A DNA stretch of 64,000 nucleotides. Origin: an uncultured virus (IMG/VR IMGVR_UViG_3300047552_001239). Taxonomy: Duplodnaviria > Heunggongvirae > Uroviricota > Caudoviricetes. The notes under the pieces are model-generated. The model saw only the letters and a program-made list of their open reading frames with translations. It made no database searches and had not been told where the DNA came from. This document shows, piece after piece, positions 50,109 to 59,973 of this stretch (the first letter of the stretch is position 1; each line of letters starts with the position of its first letter). The stretch lies in IMG/VR virus record IMGVR_UViG_3300047552_001239; one strand, written 5' to 3'. Made by a program: the position numbers and the translations under genes.

Positions 50109-50758
50109 ACTTTACTCCAAAATTTATCTATAATTGATCGTTGTTTAGGTAATTTCTTTAAAATTGGTTCGGCTAATTCAGAAGGTAATATTGGCATATT
50201 ATTTATTACGTTTTTAGTTTTTTCTATTGCTAAATCTTTTAATTCTTCTTTATCTTTATCGTATATTTTTTTTGCGCCATATGCTGTTGCTCCAAGACCA
50301 CCAGTTATAGCTGCAAATTTAGCTGCAGATGAAATTCCAGATAATTGCTTATAACCTTCATCTTGAAGTTTATCACGTGTTAATTTATTTTTAACATCAT
50401 GTTTATGCGCATTTCTAATTGCATTTAATTCAGATTTTTTAGATTGTAATATTTGTTTTGATTTTTTTCTAGCAACCTGATATTCCGGATCTGCATTACG
50501 AATTTTAAGAGCTTCTAATTTTTTTTGTGGCGATATTTTTTTATCTTTTAATATTTGTCTATATCTAATATCTGCCGCCGTTTTCCTTATTCCAGATCTT
50601 GAATCTTTAATTATATTCTTAAATTCTTTTGCTAATCTAGTATCTTTTTTTCGTAATGATCGCAATCCAATTTTTCGAATAATATCAAGAGGATTTTTTG
50701 ATAATTTATAGTTTTTAACGGATTCTGTTAAAATACTTATTTCTTCTAATATTTTCAT
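50105..50758 (-). CDS. Leader-family, highly basic protein
   Basis: MKILEEISILTES, a K/R-rich body and a hydrophobic FAAITGGLGATAYG segment. Confidence 0.65.
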   Translation of the reverse strand: MKILEEISILTESVKNYKLSKNPLDIIRKIGLRSLRKKDTRLAKEFKNIIKDSRSGIRKTAADIRYRQILKDKKISPQKKLEALKIRNADPEYQVARKKSKQILQSKKSELNAIRNAHKHDVKNKLTRDKLQDEGYKQLSGISSAAKFAAITGGLGATAYGAKKIYDKDKEELKDLAIEKTKNVINNMPILPSELAEPILKKLPKQRSIIDKFWSKV

Positions 50759-51108
50759 ATTAATGATGTTCTATATACACACTGCCCTAATTTATTTCTT
50801 ATAGAACCTCTAGGACATTTTATTGTGTAACGATTTCTAATACCTATCGTTCCAGGCATATTTAATGGTCCAGTTCCAAATCTTCCCTCCGTTCTATTAT
50901 TAGGTTTTAAATATTTCATTATCGAAATATTTGTTATTTTATTAATAAAATCTTGCTGTACTGAAGATTGAAGATTTTCTATTAAAATATTAATATCTTC
51001 TAAAATAGATTTTTTTTTATTTTTTAATTTTAATACTCTAATTTTAGCTCTATATGCATGGGCTAATGAATTTGTTAAATTAGCTCCAGGTATTGTTTTT
51101 GTATGCAT
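50755..51108 (-). CDS. Basic protein with an internal copy of the leader motif
   Basis: SILEDINILIEN internally; C-terminal CPRG...QCV resembles 54458-54742. Confidence 0.55.
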   Translation of the reverse strand: MHTKTIPGANLTNSLAHAYRAKIRVLKLKNKKKSILEDINILIENLQSSVQQDFINKITNISIMKYLKPNNRTEGRFGTGPLNMPGTIGIRNRYTIKCPRGSIRNKLGQCVYRTSLI

Positions 51109-51890
51109 TAACGTCTTTGAAATGGAGGACGTTGCGGAAAACGAGGAGGAAATTTTTGGGGTTCTATATTTGAAGGAGGAGTCGATATTCGACGTATTTC
51201 TATATTACTAATTTGTTGTTTTACTTTTTGTAATACACCATCATTAAACTCTTTTTGATCTTGCTGTAAAGTATCAAGTATAGTATTAAATCTATTCTGA
51301 ATAGATGTAATGACAAGATTGAATGTTGGTTCTTCTTGAAATGATAATATATATTCATAACTTGATGCTTTTTTAGCATCAATTCCTTTTGCGGCTAATA
51401 ATTTTATATAATAAACATATAATTCAACTAAACAAGTTTCCATATATGCTTTTAAAGCTAATATAGCACATTTTGCTTTTAATATATAAAATTTAGCTTT
51501 ATTTTCATTATATTCAATCTCATCATTGCATTTACTTATAGATTGATCTCTAGATTTTATTGATTTATCTTTAATTTGTTTAATATTATCATATCCATTC
51601 AATTCTAATCTTTCGAAATTTTTTAATAAAAAATCATCGATATCTGTTAAACATTTAATTCTATCATAAGTAAATGATGCTATACTTACAGTGCCTGTAG
51701 CTACTCCAGCAGCTATTATAGAGAAAAGAAGATATTGTAAAATTGTTTTAGTAAGAATAACTAATAGTGGAACACCAATATAAATAGTAACACTCATCAA
51801 TGCAGAAAGTGCTATAGCTCCAGCAGTAATAGCTAATTCTTTTAAAACTTCATATATCAGATTATCTACTTCATCTAAAATATTACTCAT
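51108..51890 (-). CDS. Leader-family membrane protein
   Basis: MSNILDEVDNLIYE followed by two long hydrophobic helices. Confidence 0.65.
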   Translation of the reverse strand: MSNILDEVDNLIYEVLKELAITAGAIALSALMSVTIYIGVPLLVILTKTILQYLLFSIIAAGVATGTVSIASFTYDRIKCLTDIDDFLLKNFERLELNGYDNIKQIKDKSIKSRDQSISKCNDEIEYNENKAKFYILKAKCAILALKAYMETCLVELYVYYIKLLAAKGIDAKKASSYEYILSFQEEPTFNLVITSIQNRFNTILDTLQQDQKEFNDGVLQKVKQQISNIEIRRISTPPSNIEPQKFPPRFPQRPPFQRR

Positions 51891-51908
51891 AAATTAGTTT
51901 TAATATAT

Positions 51909-51940
51909 AAGGGGAAGTTTATCAAAGAACTTCCCCTTTT
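51909..51940. terminator. Terminator-like hairpin
   Basis: AAGGGGAAGTT...AACTTCCCCTT inverted repeat. Confidence 0.6.
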
Positions 51941-51956
51941 TTACTAAAATAAAATT

Positions 51957-52244
51957 TTAGGTAGTAGATTGTCTTGCTGCAGTACGTGCTTCTAATACAG
52001 CACTAACTGCCATACCACTTGCAATAGCTGCGCGTAGATTAGAAATTGTACCTTCTCCTAAATAATTCTGAATCTTCTCTTCAATAGCTACAGATTCTAA
52101 ATTCAAATTAAATTTATTTTCTTCTGTTTTAGTTTCGGTATTATCCACACCTTCAAGATTAACATTCAAATCAGCATTTTCTGTAACTGCTGTCGATTTA
52201 TTAATAGAAGAAGACAGTAAAGTATTAATATCTAACTTACCCAT
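51957..52244 (-). CDS. Small protein, possible head core/internal protein
   Basis: GAGG RBS, several [LVI]-x-E sites and an Ala-rich C-terminal helix. Confidence 0.55.
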   Translation of the reverse strand: MGKLDINTLLSSSINKSTAVTENADLNVNLEGVDNTETKTEENKFNLNLESVAIEEKIQNYLGEGTISNLRAAIASGMAVSAVLEARTAARQSTT

Positions 52245-52257
52245 AATTTTTAAAACC

Positions 52258-54153
52258 TCAATTAAATAAACAAAAAACAGGATTGAATTTATCTACTTTA
52301 ACAAAAAAACTCATAAATAGTTTTTCTGTAACTATAAAACGAATATTTTTATCATCTGAATGATCTATATCAACAATAATAGATACTAATTCATCATCAG
52401 ATGAAATTATCAAATCATTTATAATAAATTTCCATTTAAAATTATTATAATCAAATTTAAATTCCTTATTTAAATTTATATCCAAATAATATCTTCTATT
52501 TAATTCATCATAAATTGTATTTAATTCATCTAACACAATGTTTACATATTCATTTAATATTACACTATAATTTTCAAATGGAGTAATACTAGAAATTAGT
52601 TCATTGTTATAATTAAAATCCAAAGTTAATGAATCGACCACACCTTCATGGAGTCCGGCTATATAATTAAATGTTAGTTTATTAAAATTAACGGCAATAA
52701 CTTCAATTTCATTACTATTGGGTAATAATTGCCCGCATGAAATTATAGCTGTATCCGGATCAATATTGAAATTAAATGAATAAATTTTTGAATTATATAC
52801 AAATTCTAAAATTCCTTTAGATTTATAAATTTCATTTAATTCTATACTTTTATATTCAGATAATAATTTATCAAAAATTAGAATAGCATATATAGTCGAA
52901 TTATCTAAATCTATTCTAACCGAAAACTCATTTATTTTTAATATAAAATCAGATATTTTATTATAATTATTATAAACTAATATAAAATTTAATATTTTAT
53001 AATCAAAGAAATTTGCAACAAATGTCTGTAAAGTATATTCTACGTATTTATTAGTTATTTTAAATTTTAATTTTTCATTTATTTGTTTATTATTAAAATA
53101 ACCAATTAACCAAGCTTCAATATCATCATCTATAACAGCAACATTCTTTAATTGGCCAGAAAAGGATCCTGAGCAAAAGAATTTAGATGTATTTGTTATA
53201 AAATTATATTCCTTAGTTATTTTAACAGTATATACTATACTATTATATATAACATCACAACTATATATAGTACGTTCAATTTCTAATTTACCACTAATAT
53301 TACCATATGATAGATTTAAAACAAATGTACCATCTGTTAAATAAGTTACAGGTATAAGTTGAAATTCTATATAACCTGTTTCTTTATGTTGCAATTCTAA
53401 GATTAAAAATAATAATTTTGATATTGCAACTGGAATATTAGGAAAATATATTTTTTTAGTTACAAAATCTACATTATTTGAATAATCAATAGGTGGTCCA
53501 AAAATATATATAGGTAATTGATTTAAAATTTCAAAACTATTCGCAACCTGAAAAGTGCTAGCTGTAATATTAGTTAAATCCACAGACGAAGATACTAATT
53601 TAACTAATGGGTCATATTGTATAGAAAAACAATAATCTAAATTATTACTATATTTATTATGTTTTAAAAATAAATTATATATTTTATCTTTTTCAACATT
53701 AAATAATACTCTATTTAAAAAAATAGAATTTATTTCAAAAAAACTAACAAATTTAAATAAATGTAAATATTTATTTAAAGGAAGAAAGTTCATTAAAATA
53801 TGATTTATATTTAATGCTTGAATTTGCGATTCACAATTAATAAGGAAATCAATATTAGTAATATAATGTTCTTCTTGAATTACTAATTCAATATCCTTTG
53901 TTTCATTATATAAAACTGGAAATTGATATTGATTTTTTAAATTAGCCTGAAATACATATGGATGATTAATATATGGACTTATACTTCCTAAATTAATTAT
54001 AGCAGATGGTAATTCAAATTGTGGAGATAAATTTAAATTAAAACTGACATTTGCTAAATTAAATTGAAAATATTTTATTTTTGTAGGAAGTAAGCTATTA
54101 ATATGATTTGCTAATCCAAGCATTAAATCAGAAAATAAATTATGAATATTCAT
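52258..54153 (-). CDS. Hypothetical structural protein (N-terminus possibly neck/tail-completion-like)
   Basis: 631-aa ORF; the ELPSAIINL pattern is weakly reminiscent of tail terminators. Confidence 0.45.
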   Translation of the reverse strand: MNIHNLFSDLMLGLANHINSLLPTKIKYFQFNLANVSFNLNLSPQFELPSAIINLGSISPYINHPYVFQANLKNQYQFPVLYNETKDIELVIQEEHYITNIDFLINCESQIQALNINHILMNFLPLNKYLHLFKFVSFFEINSIFLNRVLFNVEKDKIYNLFLKHNKYSNNLDYCFSIQYDPLVKLVSSSVDLTNITASTFQVANSFEILNQLPIYIFGPPIDYSNNVDFVTKKIYFPNIPVAISKLLFLILELQHKETGYIEFQLIPVTYLTDGTFVLNLSYGNISGKLEIERTIYSCDVIYNSIVYTVKITKEYNFITNTSKFFCSGSFSGQLKNVAVIDDDIEAWLIGYFNNKQINEKLKFKITNKYVEYTLQTFVANFFDYKILNFILVYNNYNKISDFILKINEFSVRIDLDNSTIYAILIFDKLLSEYKSIELNEIYKSKGILEFVYNSKIYSFNFNIDPDTAIISCGQLLPNSNEIEVIAVNFNKLTFNYIAGLHEGVVDSLTLDFNYNNELISSITPFENYSVILNEYVNIVLDELNTIYDELNRRYYLDINLNKEFKFDYNNFKWKFIINDLIISSDDELVSIIVDIDHSDDKNIRFIVTEKLFMSFFVKVDKFNPVFCLFN

Positions 54154-54458
54154 TATTTCTTTTTAATTATATCTTGATATAACTTTGTAATTGTTCTATC
54201 GAGATCTTGATATGAACCTTCTATTTCTTTTATTTTAGATTCTGCCTCAATTTTTGTTTGAGTTGCTGTAGTTTCTATATTTTTTATTTTACCTTCCAAT
54301 TCAAGAATTCTACGTTCATAATATTTAAATGTTTCTTCTTGACGAACCATCATCTCAGTTTGATTATTATTTAAATTAACCCAAGAGGTAAATAATCCAC
54401 CTACAAAAATAAATAATGTAAATACATCTTTAAGTGGAATTTTTAACTCATTTAACAT
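54153..54458 (-). CDS. Single-TM coiled-coil protein, holin-like candidate
   Basis: VFTLFIFVGGLFTSWV followed by a coiled coil and a basic C-terminus. Confidence 0.45.
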   Translation of the reverse strand: MLNELKIPLKDVFTLFIFVGGLFTSWVNLNNNQTEMMVRQEETFKYYERRILELEGKIKNIETTATQTKIEAESKIKEIEGSYQDLDRTITKLYQDIIKKK

Positions 54459-54742
54459 TAGAGGTGTCTGCGCAATCTTAATAGATTAGATTTCATTCTG
54501 CGTTTTTTCATCATTAACGCATTAATCCCTCTCATTGTTTTCTTTTTTGTTTTCATCATCAATTTTGCTGCTTTTTTTCTTTTTCTAAGTTCCATAGGAT
54601 TCATTTTAACACATCTTTTATCGATGCGTTTATATCCTGGTGGGCATATTAATTTTTTAACAATTTTTCCACCGCGAACAACCTTTTTAAATTTTAAAGT
54701 TTCTTCTATTAGATTGTTAACACTTTCAAGTATGGGCATCAT
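54458..54742 (-). CDS. Basic prohead core protein (gp68-like) carrying the leader
   Basis: MMPILESVNNLIEET, then KVVRGGKIVKKLICPPGYK...CVKM...ELRKRKKAAK, resembling T4-like core proteins. Confidence 0.6.
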   Translation of the reverse strand: MMPILESVNNLIEETLKFKKVVRGGKIVKKLICPPGYKRIDKRCVKMNPMELRKRKKAAKLMMKTKKKTMRGINALMMKKRRMKSNLLRLRRHL

Positions 54743-54776
54743 ATTTATTTATATGTCTATATCAAATTTTAAAAAC

Positions 54777-55469
54777 TCAGAATGATAATTTATCTATTTC
54801 TAACATAGAGGCAATGCAATGCACATTGTTAGGAACAGTTGATTTAATTGAGAGTTTTTGGCCACTTAATAAATTGATTGTTTTATCCCATACGAAAATT
54901 GTGTTTGATGGAATTCTTATATTCTGACCAATAATATAAGGAGTATTAAATTCATCAATATCAATAATTCTAACAGTTATAAAAGAATTTAAAGATTGAT
55001 TATTAATATTTACATTTGCAAATTGCATACCATGAATAATAGAATTAATTCTATCTGAAGGACATTCATATACATTTTTAAATTCTTCATTTTCAAATTT
55101 AGCAAATGCATTAGCATATCTTTCAAATGGATTTTCGTAAACTTCAAATATTGCTAAATATAAATGAGCTGTTTCTCCTGAATCATAATCAGAATATGAT
55201 TCAGCAAAGATTGTATCGCCAGATTTTAAATTTATCGGCTTATCCCATGCTAATGTAACTTTTGGCGGAATTCTTATTAAACTACCTAATGAATATTCAA
55301 CATTAGTAGAATGATCTAATATACTAAATGTAGGTGTGATTACATTATTACTAGTATTAGAACAATTTAAACTATGTACAACAACAGATTTTACATCTGG
55401 ACATGTATAAATAGCTTGTTTAGTGTTATCTAATTTTTTTAATACATTACTATGAACTTCTACTGCCAT
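54777..55469 (-). CDS. Two-domain beta-sandwich virion protein (paralog family A)
   Basis: Internal duplication (YTCP...WDKPINLKSG / YECP...WDKTINLLSG); related to 59280-59912 and 57087-57401. Confidence 0.6.
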   Translation of the reverse strand: MAVEVHSNVLKKLDNTKQAIYTCPDVKSVVVHSLNCSNTSNNVITPTFSILDHSTNVEYSLGSLIRIPPKVTLAWDKPINLKSGDTIFAESYSDYDSGETAHLYLAIFEVYENPFERYANAFAKFENEEFKNVYECPSDRINSIIHGMQFANVNINNQSLNSFITVRIIDIDEFNTPYIIGQNIRIPSNTIFVWDKTINLLSGQKLSIKSTVPNNVHCIASMLEIDKLSF

Positions 55470-55471
55470 AA

Positions 55472-56101
55472 TTAATCAAAATTTAAAATTGCAAATAAAT
55501 TTACTATCTCTTCAAAACTATTAAGTAAAATTTCAGATCTTGGATAAACAAGAAATTGTTTTCCACGAAGTTGCATTATTGCAGGTCTCATTAATCTAGT
55601 AGGTGTCTGTGTAACAGTTTTTAATGTTTTATTAAATGTAAATTTAGCAAGAATAACTCTATCGAAATCAATTTGAAAATCATCAGGAATTGTATCTATA
55701 CCGTTCGAAGAAACATAAAATAATTTTAATTTTGATAAATTAGAATATAATGTATTTAAAAATCTATAAGATAATGTTAAAATTATTGATCCGGTATCTG
55801 TAAATGGAGACACATCAATAGATAATACATTATCTGCTTTCAATGAAGTTATCTCTACTAATGTACTGTCAACAATAGCTTTACCATGATCTACATTAAT
55901 TGTAATGACATCAGTATCTGGATTATATTCGGCATATGAATGTAATCCATCTAGAACGCAATCTTCACCTATAGATTTAAGTAAATTATTAACTGATCTT
56001 GATATATAAACTTTAGAAGAATGGGTATCAAAATCAAATAATTTATTACTATATGGGTTTATTAATATTTCTTGTTCTAAAGGAGTTATCGAAGCAGCCA
56101 T
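55472..56101 (-). CDS. Virion protein (paralog family B)
   Basis: FDFDTHSS..Y...LKSIGED..LDG...GKAIVD...KLKLFY matches 57717-58316. Confidence 0.6.
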   Translation of the reverse strand: MAASITPLEQEILINPYSNKLFDFDTHSSKVYISRSVNNLLKSIGEDCVLDGLHSYAEYNPDTDVITINVDHGKAIVDSTLVEITSLKADNVLSIDVSPFTDTGSIILTLSYRFLNTLYSNLSKLKLFYVSSNGIDTIPDDFQIDFDRVILAKFTFNKTLKTVTQTPTRLMRPAIMQLRGKQFLVYPRSEILLNSFEEIVNLFAILNFD

Positions 56102-57078
56102 TAATTATTATGCTCATGATATATTTGTGAAATTCTCGCTCTGCGTTCTTTTCTTCTTCTATAAAACGGCAAATCTTGAATTGTATGCCGTGCTGATAAT
56201 TGCAATTTAAATGCATGAAATATTTGTATTTTAATATCTTCTGGAAAAAATGCAAATCTAGGTATTTGGTAAACTTTTGTATCTATTTCAATACTTAATA
56301 AATCAGAATCTGGATTATTTATTACTTTTTCATGTATTATTTCTGGAATTATATTATATGACATTCCATAGTCTCTAAATGTTCTTTCCATTATATCGAC
56401 TTGTCGAAATGTCATTATATATTGTTCAACTATAAATACTTCTTTATTTGATTTTAATACAGTATCAAATACTGCTAAAATCATATAATCTTTTTCAGAT
56501 TCCCAAACAATTCCATTTGAATTTATAACCTGCTTATCTGTATCTACATAAAATAATTTTAAAGAAAATGGAGGTAATAAATGAGAAGTAGAATATTGTC
56601 CATCTAAATCATATTTAATACCTTTTTTATGGAATAATTGTTGTCTATTTGCAGATTGAGTATTATCATAAACAAAATCTAAAACAACAATTAACTTATC
56701 AGGTTGAAATAATCCTTCATAATCTATAGTAAGTATTTGTGGTTTTGAAAGTATTAATAAAGTTGAATTGACTACAGCTGCCCCAGGCGTTACTAAAATA
56801 GATATTTCTTTATTAATATTATTTTCTTTTGTATCATTAAAAGAATTATTAATATTTAAAATATAGCAATCAAAACCATATAAAATAGAATTACCAGTAA
56901 AACCTTCACATAATGCTCTTAAATTATAACTAACGAACCTAGATAAATATTTCTTCGCAGCTTCTCTATTTTGCGCATAAGTAGATGTTTTTACTGAATC
57001 TGGAAGATTTTCCAATTCAATATTTTGCATATATCTACTATTATACGTAATTTGTGAGGGCTCGATTGAAACTTTCAT
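56101..57078 (-). CDS. Virion protein (paralog family C)
   Basis: ILYGFDCYIL...LVTPG...LFYV...ILAVF...RHTIQDL matches 58300-59094. Confidence 0.6.
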   Translation of the reverse strand: MKVSIEPSQITYNSRYMQNIELENLPDSVKTSTYAQNREAAKKYLSRFVSYNLRALCEGFTGNSILYGFDCYILNINNSFNDTKENNINKEISILVTPGAAVVNSTLLILSKPQILTIDYEGLFQPDKLIVVLDFVYDNTQSANRQQLFHKKGIKYDLDGQYSTSHLLPPFSLKLFYVDTDKQVINSNGIVWESEKDYMILAVFDTVLKSNKEVFIVEQYIMTFRQVDIMERTFRDYGMSYNIIPEIIHEKVINNPDSDLLSIEIDTKVYQIPRFAFFPEDIKIQIFHAFKLQLSARHTIQDLPFYRRRKERRARISQIYHEHNN

Positions 57079-57086
57079 TTTATAAA

Positions 57087-57401
57087 TTATTCTTCATATC
57101 CCCATACAACGGCGGATGCGTTATTTGAACAACTTACAGATACTGTTTGACCAGCACTTAATACTATACCAGTACGTTCATATGTATTACTTGGAGTCAA
57201 CTCAAAATTATATTCAATATAATCAGACATATTAGGAGCAGATGTATTTGATTTTATAGCAATTTTAACTGTAATTGTTTGTGAATTTAAATTACATAAT
57301 GATAATGTAATTACACCAGTTTTACCTGTTGGAGCAGAATAAATATTTGTATCTGTATTTGCACTATTAACGTGTATAGCAGCTAATCTACCAGTGCTCA
57401 T
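57087..57401 (-). CDS. Single-domain virion protein (family A-like)
   Basis: IYSAP...LSLCN...IEYNFEL...YERTGIVLSAGQ...VWGYEE, with a GAGG RBS. Confidence 0.65.
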   Translation of the reverse strand: MSTGRLAAIHVNSANTDTNIYSAPTGKTGVITLSLCNLNSQTITVKIAIKSNTSAPNMSDYIEYNFELTPSNTYERTGIVLSAGQTVSVSCSNNASAVVWGYEE

Positions 57402-57416
57402 AAATCAAAATCCTCA

Positions 57417-57704
57417 TTAAACAAAACTAGTTAAGAAAAACTGAAACGGACGATCCGCTTTAGTTGCATAATTATTTATCCATGTATTATCTTCATACAT
57501 TAAAACTTGACCATTTTGAGGATCATTAATATTAATATTAATAATATCATCAAGATTAATAGTTAATTCAGCAATAGTTTTATTTTCCCATCTCTGATTA
57601 GCACTATTAAATGCAAATAAATTTTTATTTTGTGGGGTTATTACTGATACATCCGCAAGCGAATTTAAATCAGGAATTGGACCCAAGACACCCATATATG
57701 ACAT
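57417..57704 (-). CDS. Short tail-fibre-repeat protein
   Basis: Two repeats of L..L.DV.I..PQN...L.Y/F....W.N. Confidence 0.6.
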   Translation of the reverse strand: MSYMGVLGPIPDLNSLADVSVITPQNKNLFAFNSANQRWENKTIAELTINLDDIINININDPQNGQVLMYEDNTWINNYATKADRPFQFFLTSFV

Positions 57705-57716
57705 ATATTCACCTTT

Positions 57717-58316
57717 TTAATTTAAATAGTTGTATAAAAATGAAATTTTATCAATATATTTAAGCTGAGTTTTAAATAGATTTGATAATGGATATATTTC
57801 AAAATTTTTATTTAATATGGTATATACTTCATTTGTATTAAATGAAATATCAGATTGAATCAATGTTCCATTATTAAGTGTAAATTTAGAGATAAGTATT
57901 TTATCAAAATCTAAATTGAAATCATTGGGATATATTGAATTTTCTATTATATAATATAATTTCAGTTTAGCTGTACTATATTCTTGTTCATTATATTTAT
58001 AATTTAAAAATATAAGTAGATCTGCAGTAGATTCGAATAAATTTTTATTTATATCAAGATAAACATTTATATTTGATTCAATTAATGATAAATCACAAAC
58101 TGCTCTACCTTGAGATATAGTAAAATAAAAATTATTCACATCCTCTGAATAAACTGTTTCAAATCCATCTATAATAATATCATTACCAATCGCTTTTAAA
58201 TTTCTATTTATATTTTTTGTTAAATAATATCTAGAGGAAATTGTATCGAATTGTAAGATATTACTCGATTCATTATCTATTATATCTGGTGATACTAATT
58301 CAACAGTAGAAGTCAT
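57717..58316 (-). CDS. Virion protein (paralog family B)
   Basis: LQFDTISSRYY...LKAIGND..IDG...GRAVCD...KLKLYY. Confidence 0.6.
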   Translation of the reverse strand: MTSTVELVSPDIIDNESSNILQFDTISSRYYLTKNINRNLKAIGNDIIIDGFETVYSEDVNNFYFTISQGRAVCDLSLIESNINVYLDINKNLFESTADLLIFLNYKYNEQEYSTAKLKLYYIIENSIYPNDFNLDFDKILISKFTLNNGTLIQSDISFNTNEVYTILNKNFEIYPLSNLFKTQLKYIDKISFLYNYLN

Positions 58317-59094
58317 CGTAATATTCTCTAAATACGGCTAAATGCCTTGTAATTCTTTCTTTTTTATATGCATATATATCTAAATCGGTTATTGTTCGTC
58401 GAATCGACAATGAAGAATTCAAGATATATTTATTTAAATTTAATAATATCTTATTCGAAGGAGTGGCTAAAGGTCTTATTGAATAATTATTATTAAGAAG
58501 TGCAATTATATTATTCTCTAAAAATTCTGAATAATAAATAGTATTTAGAGTTGATATATTTGAAATTGATTCCAATCCATATTTAGCTATTTCAGCACTT
58601 ACTAAATTAATATAATTAGAAAATATATATGAAAATATTTTTAAACCATATCTAATATTAAAATCTAATTTAAAACCAGCTAATATTAAATACTTATTAT
58701 CCCATTCATATCCATCTGGATTAATTAATACATTATTTTTAATATAAAATAATGTAGTCCTTAATTTATATTGATTTTCAATATGTTTTAAACAAACAAA
58801 AATATATTTTACATTTTCATCTAAAAATGTTCCAGTATCTAAAATAATAGGTTCTGTTATTTCACCAAATATACAATTTATTAAAAAAGATCCAGGAGTT
58901 ATTAAAAATGTCAAATCTGTTATATTATTGTTTATAATATAGCAATCAGCGTCGAATAATATACAACTCGATTTAAAGTTAGAGACTGCTAAATTTTGTA
59001 AAGCAGACAGTTTATTTAGATACAAATTTATTTCGTTTACATCATAATCAGATATACATTTTTTTTGTTGTTCTTTTGTAGAATAAACTTTCAT
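58300..59094 (-). CDS. Virion protein (paralog family C)
   Basis: ILFDADCYII...LITPG...LFYI...ILAGF...RRTITDL. Confidence 0.6.
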   Translation of the reverse strand: MKVYSTKEQQKKCISDYDVNEINLYLNKLSALQNLAVSNFKSSCILFDADCYIINNNITDLTFLITPGSFLINCIFGEITEPIILDTGTFLDENVKYIFVCLKHIENQYKLRTTLFYIKNNVLINPDGYEWDNKYLILAGFKLDFNIRYGLKIFSYIFSNYINLVSAEIAKYGLESISNISTLNTIYYSEFLENNIIALLNNNYSIRPLATPSNKILLNLNKYILNSSLSIRRTITDLDIYAYKKERITRHLAVFREYYDDFYC

Positions 59095-59273
59095 ATAAAC
59101 ATTAATTTAATTTGTATATTATCTCTTTGTTGGGAATTTAATAATTCAATATTTATATCTTCATTAATAGACTGTTGTTCATTAGCTATATTATTAATAT
59201 TTGTAATTATTATTTCCCAATCTCGTAATGTTTTTAATATTTTATCAAAGCTATAGTAACCTAATAGAGCCAT
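59091..59273 (-). CDS. Small hypothetical protein
   Basis: 60-aa ORF filling the operon gap with an ATGA overlap. Confidence 0.45.
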   Translation of the reverse strand: MALLGYYSFDKILKTLRDWEIIITNINNIANEQQSINEDINIELLNSQQRDNIQIKLMFI

Positions 59274-59279
59274 AATTAA

Positions 59280-59912
59280 TTATTCCAATTGTAGAATAGA
59301 AAGAAAAATATCTATATCATTATCGCTACTATTACTAATTGAACCGACTATCTTTTGTGATGAAATTAAATTAATCGATTTATTCCAAATAATATTTGAA
59401 ACTACTTCTGAATTTTTCAATATATAGAATATATTTTGATTATCATCTTCTATCCATATATTAACCCGAGATGATAATGTTAAATTATTATTACAAATAT
59501 AGAAACTGTAAATATTACTTCTTATATCTTCATTATTAGCATAAATTAATTGTGGTATATTAGTCAATGATTTAAATGTATTCGAATATAATTCAGTCCC
59601 CATTTGAATTACAAATAATTCAGATATTACCACATCTAAAGAATTTTGAATATTACAATCAACATATAATTCATCCCCTTGGCATAAATTTATTGCTTTT
59701 TCTAATGTATAAGTTGTATTTAACGGCAAAAAAATATTTTTAAATAAATTTATATTTTGTCCTTGGGATTTAAATCTTAGGGTAATATTTACATTATCTA
59801 TTCCAATATTACAAATATATAAACTATGTATTATAACATCCGATGATGCCGTATAAATTAAATTATTAAAATTATTTGATCTGCAAAGTTTAGAAGAATA
59901 TAATTCTTTCAT
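59280..59912 (-). CDS. Two-domain virion protein (paralog family A)
   Basis: IYTA...HSLYICN...EKAINLCQGD repeated as IYAN...YSFYICN...WNKSINL. Confidence 0.6.
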   Translation of the reverse strand: MKELYSSKLCRSNNFNNLIYTASSDVIIHSLYICNIGIDNVNITLRFKSQGQNINLFKNIFLPLNTTYTLEKAINLCQGDELYVDCNIQNSLDVVISELFVIQMGTELYSNTFKSLTNIPQLIYANNEDIRSNIYSFYICNNNLTLSSRVNIWIEDDNQNIFYILKNSEVVSNIIWNKSINLISSQKIVGSISNSSDNDIDIFLSILQLE

Positions 59913-59973
59913 AATTTAAATAATATAAAATAATAGAGAATAAAAAAATTATCCTCTATTATATTTTAGTATA

